Assembly (NCBI RefSeq): GCF_000143415.4
Contig: NW_003314262.1
Location: 2,778,603-2,842,602 of the forward strand
Length of the DNA: 64,000 bases
Source of the DNA: Selaginella moellendorffii
Lineage: Eukaryota > Plantae > Lycopodiophyta
Reading direction: 5' to 3'
A program made the translations under genes and the position numbers. The notes beneath the pieces are model-generated. The model did no database searches. It saw only the letters and a list, made by a program, of their open reading frames with translations, and was not told the origin of the DNA. Below are positions 34,946 to 48,277 of the stretch, piece by piece (positions within the stretch are counted from its first letter, which is position 1; each line of letters begins with the position of its first letter).

Positions 34946-37364
34946 TTGAAGTTGAAGTTTTGGTTTTTCTTTAGTTGGTGTGTGTATGAATAACAGGCTG
35001 TGCTGACAATAGGGAGGTGAGAGAGCAAGAGTAACTTTATAATGCCTTTTAAAATATTAATGTTTGACTTTTTAATCTTGGCATTTTACACAATAACTAA
35101 ATTAATTATAGCTCAAAAAAAGATAGTTTTGGAGTATTTAGGCTTATTTAATAAAATTGTCATCTCTTCCTTTTCATTCTATTGCAAAAAGAGTTAGTTG
35201 AGAATATATACAAATGGGTTAGAAATGTTAGCAATTACCTTTTTTCAATTAGTTTAAAAGGAAAGAAATAAAGTGTTATATATATATAAATGGTAATGAA
35301 AATGGATTTATCTTTAATATAAAAACTTGATATGTCAATAGTATTTTTGGTATGTGATATAAAAGTTATACATTTGGACCAAGTATAAAGTTAAAGTCGA
35401 TTTGAGGCCATATTTACATGTTCTCTATTGGGTGAACAATCTAACACTTAAATTGAGATGAATACTTGTGAAAGTTGTGAGTGAGACACCTTTAAGTGGT
35501 TGAAAGTTGGTTAAATGATTAAAATAGAATGAAATGTTTTGTCACTTATACATTCTTCCAAATTTTTATTATTAATAATTGAAATAAAAAAAGTTAAATC
35601 TATGTTTTTAGGTTTAATAAAATTATAGAAGTCAGGGTAATAGAATATTCTTAATAATTTATAGATATTTATAATATTTTTGTGTATCTTTTAAAATGTA
35701 AAAAGAAATAAAAATATTATGTTTTAATTTCGTCTTTAATGTAAATGATTTCTTTTCATGATGAAATGAATTTATGTAGATTTTTATTTTCATTTGAAAT
35801 CAGTTTCAAATTTTAATATTTTTTTCAAATACATTTTTTAATCAAATCCATTTACAAAATTATATGCTAATCACAAGAATAATCCTCTTTTGTCATTTCA
35901 GATTCAACCACTTCACATTCATCCACCACCTCACACTATACAATGTAAAATTATGGTCTAAAGTCTGTGGTAGTAATTTTGCTAGTAACCCTACAAAGAA
36001 AAAATGAGTGAAAACAAGTAAAAGATATTTAAGCAATTAATACAAAGCATATATGTTATACATAATCATCACACCATTTACAACAATATAAACTCTATTC
36101 AATATGTCATCTTGCACTAGCAAATTTTTTTTTTCTACATTCTAAGAATTCAACACTACTTCTATAAATCTCTATAACAGTGAGATCTTCCTCTTCATAT
36201 ATGCAGACTCATTGTGTGGGAAGAAAAGAAGATAACATAGTCTCTAATTTTGATGTTGTATGCAAACAAGTGTTGTTGTTGAGCTATATATGAGAATTAT
36301 TTGCTCCTAGTTTACACATTTGTGGCCTTTTAATTTCTTTATAGGAGAGAGTATAAATCTCTCTCCTGTGAAGAAAATAAAAGGCCACAAAAATGTAAAT
36401 GTGGGAGGTATATACATAACAATATAAACATAGTATCCCCTCATATATAAAGTATATCATCTCACTATCCTTACCTAACATAGTGACTACTAAATTTTTA
36501 ATGCTTTAAAAAAAAAAGAGGTGAAAAACCTTGCACAAATATCAAAATTCAAACCATACCACCTTAAAATGTATTAGCATTTTTTGAGCTCAGAAAATTA
36601 ATAATTGAGATTTTTGGAGTAGTTTGAATAACACACACTTGGGTACATGACTGTAATGTAGTGATTTGCTAACTTATGACCATGGAAAGAATCTAGAATA
36701 GAAACCACACACATTAATACATGCATTGGAGAGGAATTGGCATATATTAATTATTTACTTACATACAAATATTGTGTTGTAATAATCCACACTCCCCAAA
36801 ACAAATTCACCATAATGATCATACAACTCAAGCCAAAAAGCAAAAGCCCTAGAAAGAAAAGCTTATGTAGTCACTTTCAAGCACAATAAATGATTGAAAT
36901 GTGAAACATTTGTAAGAGTGTGAGAAATCAATGGGGGTAATGCTTTATTGCAACTACCATATGATCCAATTGTTTGCTGCAAAACCAACATACTCAACAC
37001 CTGAAACATGGTGAAACTAGCAAAAAAAAGCCTTTGTGCTATTATCTCACAAGAAATGAAAGGCAACTTACACAATTGAATATGTGTAAAGGAAAGGAGA
37101 GAGAAGTCATAATCAGAAAATCACAAATTGAATGAGAAAAAGGCAAAAATGAGGAAAAAAAACCTTACTAAATTTGCAATGATATCACAGAATTGATATC
37201 AAGGTTGCATTGCAGTCTAATGTGTCATGCCAATGAATACACAGCATATCCAATGACAAAAATATTATAAATACAATCATATTTAAATTGCAATTATAGC
37301 AATTTTAAAAAAATCTGCAAGTTTGCCACCATACTTAAAAATGCCCATATATGCTTTGTAGGTT

Positions 37365-39065
37365 TCATATAGCACTTCCGCCGACAAGACTGCAGCACAG
37401 AATGTTGTGCAGAATGTTACGTAATGACTTCAGAACCTCATCAACAACCGGTCTTTCAGATGGCTCATCAGAAGAACATCGACATATCAGAGCCTCCAGC
37501 TCTGCTGTTGGCATCCCGATGGCAGGCTGCGACAAGACCAACTGGGAGAATGTCTTTCCAAGGCTGTAAAGGTCCACCAATCTTGAGTACATGCTCTTAC
37601 CATTTCTTCTACTTTCTTCACTCCACAGCTCGGGGGCCATGAAAAACCTCGTCCCTACTGGAGCTGTATGTGATTGTTCAGTATTGAAGTTGATGCATGC
37701 AGTACCGAAATCGGTGAGTTTCAGGACAAGTTGCTCTTCGTCCTCATCAGTGAAATCGATTAGTACGTTTTCTGGCTTGAGGTCTCTGTACACAATGTTT
37801 TTCCCATGCAGGAACTCGAGGCCCTTGGTAATCTGGAGTAGCATCTCGACCAGTTGCAAGAGCGTGAGCTCTTTGTTCTTGCTGGCATACTCTTTTAGAT
37901 CCATCCTCATTACCTCCATGACCAAGTGGGTACAGCTTTTGTCAACCTTGTAGTAGCCGATGGTTTGAACAATGTGAGGAGCAGCCTGTATACTTGATAC
38001 TGCGGGCAGTTCTCGTGATGGAAGATCTTGAGACTCCTTGAACTCCTTCACTGCAACTAGCCTTTGATGCCACGTTCCTTTACGAACAACACCTTGGCTT
38101 CCTCTACCGAGCATTTCCCCAAAATGAACGCTCACGTTCTCCGGGTTCAACTCGGGCAACTCTGAAGAATTTACTCTCTGTAGTATATATTCAGCATAGT
38201 GACTTCTAAATTTCCCATCTTGTGCCAGGTTTTCCAGTGCGGCTTTGTCGAGTTGGGCTGCTACTTGGATTTGTGGCAGGTAAGCCTGAATAGGACTTTT
38301 GCCAATGAGCCCGCACATGAAATGAAGTTCCTCCACGATCTCCTTAATTTCCAATTCCCTGTCGTATTTCACAGCCGCAAGCCACTCCCAATGCTCCTCA
38401 TGCACGGAACACTCTCGAATCAGCCCGTTTGCTTTCCTGATGAATTGTCTTAGCCTCCTCAAGAAGACCTTACTGCTTGCAAACCCTCTCACCATTTCAA
38501 CGCTGTCGTTGCAAACCCAACTCAACAGCTTGCACTGTTCCTTATGGACTCCGACAGCACTTGCAGTCCGGTCTATCTTTGCCATGATCTGATCGAGTTC
38601 AGCTTCATGCTCGACGCTGTCAATTTGTGGTGCAGGGATTCGGACATGAGATGAAGGATGTTCATGATGGTCAACCGGGCCGCTCCACCATAGCTTGAGT
38701 GTCAACGAACCTCTCTCCATGATCGCGATGCAGCCGAAGCCGAACTTCAGCGGGTACTCTCGCTGCTCGGAAGGCTCAGCTGAACGATGCGGAACCTCAC
38801 TACCCTCTATCTTGATTTTCCCCAGAGAACGCCCATTCGTGTGATTCAGAACAGAGACACCAACATGGCTTCGCTGCAATGCATCCCCCTCAACGTTGAG
38901 AACCAGGGTCTCGTTCCATTCGGGATCCAGAGTCCCATGTTGTACTCGGGTATTGACCTGCTGCCTCTCGAAACTCACTATACAGTAAGGACTTGCTGAT
39001 CCGCGTCCATCTCTCGGCATCAAGCCGCGAGCGCTGCAAACCTTGATATGCACCCTCCTCGCCAT
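37365..39065 (-). CDS. C2 domain + MLKL/MCA-like four-helix bundle + Ser/Thr(TKL-like) kinase, intronless, ~566 aa
   Basis: Open ORF from MARRVHIK; C2 motifs (SARGL..SPYC..TLDPEWNET); helical QCKLL...LRQFIRKANGLIREC; kinase GRGSQG, VAVK, YRDLKPEN, DFG, APE. Confidence 0.88.
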   Translation of the reverse strand: MARRVHIKVCSARGLMPRDGRGSASPYCIVSFERQQVNTRVQHGTLDPEWNETLVLNVEGDALQRSHVGVSVLNHTNGRSLGKIKIEGSEVPHRSAEPSEQREYPLKFGFGCIAIMERGSLTLKLWWSGPVDHHEHPSSHVRIPAPQIDSVEHEAELDQIMAKIDRTASAVGVHKEQCKLLSWVCNDSVEMVRGFASSKVFLRRLRQFIRKANGLIRECSVHEEHWEWLAAVKYDRELEIKEIVEELHFMCGLIGKSPIQAYLPQIQVAAQLDKAALENLAQDGKFRSHYAEYILQRVNSSELPELNPENVSVHFGEMLGRGSQGVVRKGTWHQRLVAVKEFKESQDLPSRELPAVSSIQAAPHIVQTIGYYKVDKSCTHLVMEVMRMDLKEYASKNKELTLLQLVEMLLQITKGLEFLHGKNIVYRDLKPENVLIDFTDEDEEQLVLKLTDFGTACINFNTEQSHTAPVGTRFFMAPELWSEESRRNGKSMYSRLVDLYSLGKTFSQLVLSQPAIGMPTAELEALICRCSSDEPSERPVVDEVLKSLRNILHNILCCSLVGGSAI

Positions 39066-39201
39066 TGGGTGGAGCTCAAGAAGATGAACGCCGCTACGTA
39101 TACCTGCACACCCCCTCCCCCCTTCACCCAACCCAGCCCCAAAGCCAAACTCTTACCCAGCCCCAAAGCCAAACTCTTGCCTATTTAGGTTTCAGAGAGC
39201 T

Positions 39202-41460
39202 ATGGAGGACATACTGAGGTCGATCGATGCGATTTCTGAGCTTGCGCCAAATGCCAAAGCGTATCCTCGCCTGTGCAGGCTACTGTTTCTGGTATGCAAT
39301 CGACATGCCCGGTACTGCCCCATGTGGATCAAATGCGGGCTCATCTCTTACCTCTCACCACCGATCAAATTTGCGGCCTTGGAGCGCCTTGCCCATGTAT
39401 TGGATAGGGTGAAGGAATTTCTCAGGCAATGCAGTCATAAAGAGCACTGGGAGTGGATCGCTGCATCCAGGTATGACAGGAGATGGGAAGTTGTGGAACT
39501 TCTGTCAGAGCTTCAGGAATGTGTGGACATAATCAACTTGGACGCAATTCGAAGGTCAAGGCGAAAAGAGGGTATGTGGGCGGGCCGTGTTCTTGAGCGG
39601 CTGTCCGAGATTGAGCAGGAGCAGGATCTGTATTATGACCTCCACAGTTTGGCAAACGAAGATTGTGCCGAATTGGTGAAGAATGCAAGTTCAGAGGAGC
39701 TTGTCGAGTACTTATCTCAAAGACAAAGCGGCTACTGTCCAAGGATAAACATGGAAGATTGGCCTGCCGCTCCTACTAAGGAGTGGTTTGGTTGGCTGGG
39801 TCAGGAGGCTAAACTTGTGGAGCTCGATTATGATGAGGATCTCGAGGTGACGAAGGGTCCTTTCCTAGGTCCAAGTTCCTCTATTGTGCAGATTTTTGGA
39901 TGGTGCCACTGCCACGATACCGGGAAGCATTACATACTTACCGAGAATCGCGACCGTCACATATTTACGGAGAGTGGTGACCGTCACAGTCACCATAGTG
40001 AGGCACTCACACTGTCTTGCCTTCTGGAAGTCACTTATCAAGTTGCACAAACTGTTCTACACTTGCATAGACATGGTTTTCGGGAAGTTGAGATTGACCT
40101 GAGACTGCATAATTCTGTTGAGTTCATGGTTTACTGGTGGCGACGGGGAAGGGGGAATGCGACAAGTTTGAAGAGCTTACTCTGTGAATCATTAAAACTG
40201 TTTGTGAAGTTGGCTGATGGTGAACTATATTCAGAGGTCCTGGAAGAAATCATGAACCAAAGTGACAATGACTTTCCAGACATGGATGTGATAGTCGATA
40301 TCTTGCAAGCCTTTCGAACAGAGCGCACAGGTGTGTATAAATGTAACAGGCTATGAATTTGAGCTCACGCTGACAAAACAGGTGCTGAGTGGAGAAAAAA
40401 CAGTTTTCAACGTTGCCGCAGAATTGAGCTTTACAGTTCTGATGTGCTCCCTGCACAGTTTGAGAACTTGCCTAAGGTGGTAAAGAAGTCTACTCTCTAG
40501 CTTAGTAGTTCATACACATCTGACTTTTGGCTTTCAGGTTGTTGAAGAACTCAGTGCTCTGTGGCACCCCCACATCTTGCGGTACTATGGATCTGAGCCA
40601 GGCGTTGAAGCAATAAACTATCCATGGATTGTAAATTGCATGCTGTTCATTTATGCAGAGGATGTACATGGAATAACACTTGCAAGTCGGTCATTGAACG
40701 AAGATGCAGTTCGAGCATACACTTGTCAGATTTTATCTGGCTTGGTGTTTCTTCATAGCAGAGGCACAAAACACGGGTTCATGTTTTAAGATTGATCATG
40801 AAAACTTCATACTGATCTGTAGATTCTTTGTCAGGGCGCTCACAGCTGCAAACATACTTGTGGATACTTCGCGTGAAGTTGTTAAGCTATCGCATTATGG
40901 CTTCGCTTTGCAATCGGTACGTGTCTAGTCTGTAAAATCTGAAACTATTACGATTTTCCTTACCAGATTGAGGTCGTTCCTGAGATGCCCGCTGAGGTTT
41001 GTGGATTGATAATCGTGGCCACATTGCTGAAACTTGTATCTCCAGTATTGTGATAGTCTTTCAGCGGATGTTTGGAGCCTGGGCTGTGTTGTACTTGAAA
41101 TGATCAAGAATTTGGAGCCACAGAGTAAATATTCAAGCATATCCAACACCAGCAAAGATTTGGTTCGTCTTTGCATTTCTTTTTTTTTTTTCTTTTTCCT
41201 TTTTACATTTTAAGTGGTTGGTTTCATCACAGCTCCCACAGGAAGTAGGCAATGTCCAATCTGGTGAGGAGGAGACCCCTGAAATGCCTGGGAACAGCTT
41301 CCTAGTCGAATGCAATCACTTTTTGCATCAGTGCTTCGAAAAAGGAACAAACAGACCCACAGCAGTGCAACTGCTTGATCATCCTTTCGTGCGTGGTTAT
41401 GGCAGGCTGGTAAGCTGGTCTTTACATAAACAAACATAATAATATGTGAGGTATTATTTG
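39202..41460 (+). CDS. Four-helix-bundle + degenerate kinase + second MAP3K-like pseudokinase (multi-exon); integrity uncertain
   Basis: 384-aa first exon MEDILRSIDA...LCRLL...LERLAHVLDRVKEFLRQC; later exons HPHILRYYG, YTCQILSGLVFLH, LTAANILVD, ADVWSLGCVVLEM, RPTAVQLLDHPFV. Confidence 0.7.
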
Positions 41461-41599
41461 CATGCCAGCCAACCAACATCAGCATCAACAAGGATTTGGA
41501 CCTTGAAGTGGCAGGGTTGAAAGAAGAGCTAAGGGCATTGAAGATAGACTCTGAAGATTTCTATTTGAGCCGGTTTCCTCGGCATTCAAATAGATTTTC

Positions 41600-42740
41600 A
41601 AGTGGCGCATTTCATGGTTTGTCTATTCATTCACCTGAGATGGAGTCTGAGATGGATCCAAGATGGAGTCTATGATGGAGTCTAAGAAGGACTTGTGATG
41701 GAGTTGAAGATGAACATAAATTAGAGTCCAAAGTCGAGTTTAAGATGGATTTGAGATGGTGTCTGAAGTTAAAATTGAGTTTGAGCACCTTTGGGTGTCG
41801 GTCATGGGATTAAACATGTGGAGCATTTAGACTAAGTGCAAAGGTTAAATGGCATAGATATTATTCATGGGATTAGCAATTTTTTCTTAAATCCGGAGTA
41901 GGATTTATGGAGGTGGTGAGTAAGACTCTTCCAAGTGGTTGAAAGTGTGGTTAAATGACTAAAGTAGAATAAAAAAATTTAATTGTTTATGTATAGTAGG
42001 AAAAAGATTTCAATAAAGCCAATTTGGCTAGGAAATGTTAATGTAACCAAAGAAAGTTATACCCACGTGATACAACCACTAAGGAATTCAAGGTTAGAGT
42101 GAACATATACAAATAAATGGGGTATATTTGGTGAAATGTTCAAAAGTTAGCTCTCACTCCTCTGAAAGATCAAATGGTCAATGCTCTCAATCTAAGTGTG
42201 GGTGACACTACCTACTTGGATATATGGCATGGCTTATTGGACCCTTACTTTACCTATATGGTTAGAGCACCCAAAGGTGGAAAGTAGAGAGAATACTCAT
42301 GAGGTTTGTGTAGGGCTATAGTGTTCCAAAATATTGTCTTAGAGTCCCAATGTGTGAAAGCGAAGAAAAGTAATCCTTTTGTGTAATGACTGAAAATACG
42401 ATCACATGGTGAGAAAGTCCTGAGAACCTGCCTAAAGTGGTAAAAAAGTTTACTCTCTAGCTTAGTAGTTCATACCCTTAACTCCCTCGGGAGATCAAAT
42501 AATCAATGCTTTCAATCTAAGTGTGAGTGGCACTACTTACTTGGATATATGGCATAGCTTATTGAAACCTTACTATATGGTTAGAGCACCCAAAGGTGCA
42601 AAGTGGGGAGAGTACTCACAAGGCTTGAGGCTATAATGTTCCAAAATGTTGTCTTAAAGTCCTAGTGTGTGGAAAAGAAAAAGAATAGTCCTCTTGTGTA
42701 GTGATTGAAAATACGATCACATAGCGAGAAAGTCCTAGGG
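41600..42740. mobile_element. Decayed retroelement-derived insertion
   Basis: gagatggagtc units (41635-41770) are the degenerate reverse complement of the 12-mer at 350-880; two diverged ~260-bp repeats at ~42160-42420 and ~42480-42740. Confidence 0.5.
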
Positions 42741-42744
42741 GTTA

Positions 42745-43364
42745 GAGAACCTGCTTAAGGTGGTAAAGAAGTCTACTCTTTAACTTAGTAGTTCATACAC
42801 ATTTGACTTTTGGCTTTCAGGTTGTTAAAGAACTCAACACTCTGTGGCACCCCCACATCTTGCAGTACTATGGATCTGAGCCAGGCGTTGAAGCAATAAA
42901 CTATCCATGGATTGTAAATTGCATGCTGTTCATTTATGCAGAGGACGTACATGGAATAACACTTGCAAGTCAGTCATTGAATGAAGATGCAGTTCGAGCA
43001 TACACTTGTCAGATTTTATCTGGCTTGGTGTTTCTTCATAGCAGAGGCACAAAACACGGGTTCATGTTTTAAGATTGATCATGAAAACTTCATACTGATC
43101 TGTAGATTCTTTGTCAGGGCGCTCACAGCTGCAAACATACTTGTGGATACTTCACGTGAAGTTGTTAAGCTATCTCATTATGGCTTCGCTTTGCAATCAG
43201 TACGTGTCTAGTCTGTAAAATCTGAAACTGTTACAATTTTCCTTACCAGATTGAGGTCGTTGCTGAGATGCCGGCTGAGGTTTGTGGATTGATAATCGTG
43301 GCCACATTGCTGAAACTTGTATCTCAAGTATTGTGATAGTCTTTCAGCGGATATTTGGAGCCTA
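42745..43364 (+). pseudogene. Duplicated 3' exons of the 4HB-tandem pseudokinase gene
   Basis: Near-identical to 40460-41080. Confidence 0.85.
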
Positions 43365-44294
43365 GGCACTTTAGGATCTAATTTTCTGAAGATTGATGAT
43401 TGTTGTGGATACAAGTCTTGCCTGTTGCATAATGTAATACCAAGCTAACTTTAGTTTTCATTGCGTAAGTTATCATTCATTCATTCATATACTGTTACAT
43501 GGTTCTGCGGTGCTCAAGGAGCACAAGTGACTTTAAACACTACATTTATATGTAAGAGATAGTGATTCCTTTATCACTGTTCCTGGGTGTTGTCAAAAGT
43601 CACATGGATTATAAAATATTTACATTGGTATGTATGGTTTCTGAATTGGGCATTTTTATGGCTTCGGCGGGAAATCTCTTGTGCGTCTTGGCCATGGCGG
43701 CCACCGCGGCTCTGGCTGGGAGTTATGCGGTAAGCGCGTTGCATTCCCTCGTCCTTTCTAGCTGCTTGGGCATAACAATCCTTGCTCTCTTCCTCCAGAC
43801 AAGTACAAGAACTATCCCGTCAACATCAAGGACGTGGAGGTCCTGCCGGATCCCGTTGTGAGCGGCCAGGATGCGGCATTCGTTGTTCCAGCGAGCACCA
43901 GTAGGTTTTCTCTGCGAAGTTTCTTAGCTGTATTTTAATCCAGCGACTGTGAAGATGCTGAGTAACCGTAAGGTTAGAGACATGTTGTTTCTTTCTTCTT
44001 ATTGTTCTTGTGATGAGTATTTTATTGTTCTCAAAGTGATCATGAGACGCCGGTTTTCAGTTTTACAGGTGAAACTTCGTGCATTTTGCTCTTCATGTGT
44101 TCTAACTTGTGGAAGCAGTGGGAGGCACTTGCTTTGCTACTGATTGGTATCAGTGTGAATCAGCTGCATACGACGCCAACTGGGACAACGGTCGTCGTTC
44201 CGCTTCAATCCATTGCATATGTATACACCTTGATTTTTGTAAGTCAGCTCTTCTTTGCATGTTGTGCTGTTTGCTCAATCTACGATCTCAGTTA

Positions 44295-46990
44295 CAGGTC
44301 ACTGTGCCATCCATGGCGTCCGTGTTCAATGAAACCGCGCCCTTAAGAGTCAGTTCGAGACAAGTCTTCATCTTCAGGTGCGTGTGCTACACGTAGTTTT
44401 TGTAAATGTGCGATGTTCAACTTTCTAGCGATTCTGGTTACTGCTGATTTTAGTGGTATGGCCTTTACTCTCTATCTGTTTTTTTTTCTTTTTCTTAATC
44501 CATATGCGCTTTGTCAGCTGGGAATGGGCTTAATCTTTTCAAGGGCCACTCTCGGGCAAAAATGTTTCTAATCTTCAACAACGCAGCGAAAGGAATACTC
44601 TCTTGCATCTTTTTAAAATATGCTGGTAAGTCTTGAACTTTTGATGTGGCGCTTCTATAGGTGCGTTTTTCCAGATGCAATCTTGAAAAAGTACTCGTCT
44701 ACTGTTTCATGGCTAACTAGTATATTTCATAGTAGGCATATGTTTTGGTAGTGACAATTGTTGATAGCATTCAAAGTGTAATCAACAAGTTCTTGCATTC
44801 TAGAAACTTTGACATTCCTTCAAAAAAATAAACCTTTGCCTTTGCAACAATCTTTACGGCTTTGGCTTCTGCCGCCTTATTCCGGCACAAACTGACAATC
44901 AACTTTGTCTTAGGAGTATCAATTGTTATAATTTCTATGCACCAGGTATTCTCGTAGCTCTATTGCAAATACTCTGCTAACATAATAATGTAACAGTTCT
45001 TCTCGGCACTAAGCAAAACGAAGGACGAAAAGCATGACAATCAAATGGACACGTTCGTTGACAAGCATAACACTTGGTCATTGCCCCATATCTTGAGAGT
45101 TTACCACCAACCTTTTCCAAGCACTTGGGCTTTAGCAATTGCCACATCTGTAAATTTCTGCCTGTGAAGAAAGTATGCACTTCACCCATGCATGATGCAA
45201 TGTCTCCAAGCAAGAATCTCCATTGGGAGTAAGCCTGTCTCTAGAACCATGGTCAAATATGGAGCCTTGTATACCCTGAATTCTGCTGAGATGAAATGCT
45301 TATTGATTATTTTGCCTAACTTTTTACAAAGCCACTATCATTACCTTTATATGTAATAGATGTGTTTGACACCTCACCTATGTACGTTAGCTTTACAGCA
45401 ATTCGATTGGAAGCCTTTGTCACTGATGTGATGGGCTCCTTTACTTCAGTTTTCACAGGAGGTGTTGATTGACTAGGTACTTATATTTCTCCGTGTGCTC
45501 AATCCAGCTTAGCTTCATCGTGCTCAATCCAGCTTAGCTTCATCATGATTCAAAGTATTATCTCATAAATTTGCAGCTTAATATCTATAATACTTATTCT
45601 ATAACACATCACCTTTCAATCCTTCGCTTCATTTTTCAGTTCTTTAGTCCATGCTTCTTCTGCAGCTGCATACCGGTTATACCCTGGAGGCATTTCTTCA
45701 ACGGATCTGTAGAACTCGAAGCCTAGGCCTGCTTCGTATAAAAGTTCATCCAGTCGCTGAAAATATTCCCAGATAAGGGCCGCAAGAGGACGGGGTGGCC
45801 GAGGCACAATGAAGATTCCCAAGTCTGGATGTTTTTTGCAGATCCGTTTGAGGTTTTCGTATTCAATTCGTTGGACGCAGAAACGAGGATGGTATTGCGG
45901 GAAGTCTGCTACCTGAACGATATAACCCACCTGAAAACGTACACAAATAAACATATAAGGAAACAGAGAATGGGCAGAGAGGACTTACACTGGACCAATG
46001 AAGAGACTCCGTCTTCAGGTTTGTATCAGTTTCTAGTCCTCATTTCTCAGGGGATCTCTTGAACAGTGATACGTGTCGTGTCCCTTCGCTAGGCAGAGGT
46101 AGCATTTCTTTTGTTCAAGAGCAAAAGGATCCACTCCATGCTAGAAAAAGAAACAAAAAGTCAAATCTGGAAAATTCAGAATAAGTGAGCTTTCTTACCC
46201 CCTTGCAGTGTCTTTCCCAATGGCCTCTCTGCTTACAGCTTCTGCATTGGTCGACGAGTAATCCCTCCTTCTCACCCGGACGATGAGTTCCTATGATCTC
46301 GTACCTGTTACAAACAAAAGCAAGTAAACATCAAACTCAATCTTGCTTACCTTGCTCGGATGCGTTCGGTAGGGTTCTCGATTGCAAAAATGTCCACCTC
46401 CTTGGGCTCTTCCTTTGTGAACACATTGTGCTGCCCGTTTTTGCTGCCGCCGTAGGCATTCTTGTGCTGCCCTTTGCTACTGCTGCCGCCGTAAGCCTTG
46501 CTGCAGTGACCGTTGCTGCTGCCGCCGTAAGTCTTCTTGTGCTGCCCGTTGCTGCTGCTGCTGTAAGCCTTCATCCGGTAGCTATACCCCGTTCTTGGTG
46601 TTGAAAAGATACGAGCTTTAAATCATCCTGTTTATCGAGGATCCCTTACCTGGAGGACCGAAGCAAAGAGGACCTTGAGGAGAGCTTTATGTAGCTCCGA
46701 TGCGCGATCACAGCCTGGGTGGCACAAATAATTAGGTTTCCATGAGCTTCCACTCCATGGCGATTGATTACCTACACGAGGTAACCTTTATATTTGACCT
46801 CCATTTGTCCATTCTAAATTTCACCCTTCTTTCCTTTAGGCAAGGATGACGCTTTTATCGATGCTGGTGCTGGTGAACAGGTATGGACATCAATATTATT
46901 TGCTATGTATACTTACATCCGGTGCTAACAGGCAAACCTTAAAGTCGGTATGATGGATGACAGACAACCTTTGCTTCCTACTTAAGCTCG
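44295..46990 (+). pseudogene. Second nucleotide-sugar transporter fragment, split by a 1.7-kb insertion (45076-46772)
   Basis: Homologous to 27095-27990; cactt|acacgagg is contiguous in unit 1. Confidence 0.7.
45616..46650 (-). CDS. Unknown multi-exon gene with 33-bp repeat (SSxGQHKxxYGG) inside the insertion
   Basis: ORFs 45616-45954 and 46347-46574 with GT-AG boundaries between them; no recognised domain. Confidence 0.45.
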
Positions 46991-47177
46991 AGCGTAATAT
47001 AGCAGTGTTAGTAGTATATGGAGCAGCATACTGTACAAAACCGCGGTGATGGGTAAGGAGACGGTAGCGTTTCCATTCAAGCCAATTTTTTCTGAGGAAG
47101 GTTTGAGTGGCTGTCTCAGAGCGAATGCACACGAGCTAAATAAGATGGAGGGCACAGCATTTTCGTCACCCGGATCA

Positions 47178-48277
47178 ATGGCTGTGATTTCCTCAAGTTA
47201 CAACCGTTTCGTTACCCTGGATTGCCGCTGATAGCATCAACAGCTTGGTAAGTTAAATCCTCTTCTATTCACTGATTGCTGTTTTCTTTCTTTCCTTTTT
47301 TTTTATTTTTTCAGACCGCGGACGAGTTTCGCAACCTTCAAACTGTGCTGAAGGAAGCTGCATTTAACAAGACTGTCATCGTGACTCCTTTGAATAAGGC
47401 TTGGGCATCAGAACTGCTATCCTACTTCCTGGCTAGCTTCCAAGACGGTGACGATACGACTCGCCTTCTTCCGACACTGGTGATCTTCACGTTGGATCCA
47501 TCTGCGAACAAGAAATGCCTGGAAGCTCATCCGCACTGCATCCTCCTCGAGAGCAATGGTGTGGACCTTTCAGCAGAGAAGCCTTACATGACCCGGGACT
47601 ACTTGAGAATGACAAGGAAGAAAATATCGTTCCTGAGCATTCTTCTACAGATGGGATACAACTTCATCTTCTCGGTAAAACTTTGAACCACTTTCTCCTT
47701 GCCTTCCTGTACTAACTTCTTCTCCAGGAATCGTCTCCAGGATGCAGACGTCTTGTGGCTGCGAAATCCCTTCTCGAATTTCTCTCCGGAAGCAGACGTG
47801 GAGCTAGCTTGTGACTTTTTCAATGGCAACGAGACGGACATTCGCAACCAGGACAACACGGGGTTGATGCACGTGAGATCCAATAACCGGACGATCGAGC
47901 TCTTCAAGTACTTGGACAGGCACGCCAAGTTCTACTACCACATCCATGACCAGGAAGTCTTCGACAGGATCAAGCTCCACGCCGAGTTCCGGGCCATAGG
48001 AGCCAAAGATCCCGTTCATGCCAACGGAGGTTTTCACTGGGTTTTGCAAGCCAGCCAGCGACATGGAAAGAGTTTGCACCATTCACGCCAACTGCTGCCA
48101 GGGCCTCCGGTCCAAGCTTGCGGATTTGCAGCTCGTCCAAGAGGACTGAAACCATTTCATGCGGACCAGGAACAGAGCAAATCTCCCCAAGAGGTTTCAA
48201 GCTCCGAGGGCATGCCTCAAGGGATGCTTCCTTTATGTCGAAACCGTGCAACAGGTCTTGCTACAACAGAAGTTTGA
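47178..48277 (+). pseudogene. Nucleotide-diphospho-sugar transferase paralog 2
   Basis: Same motifs as 33147-34100; 5' deletion and a frameshift near 48010. Confidence 0.78.

Noticed and set aside
39066-39131. N-terminal extension of the 588-aa ORF
   Set aside because: Begins at a non-ATG codon; first ATG (39065) coincides with the C2 domain start.
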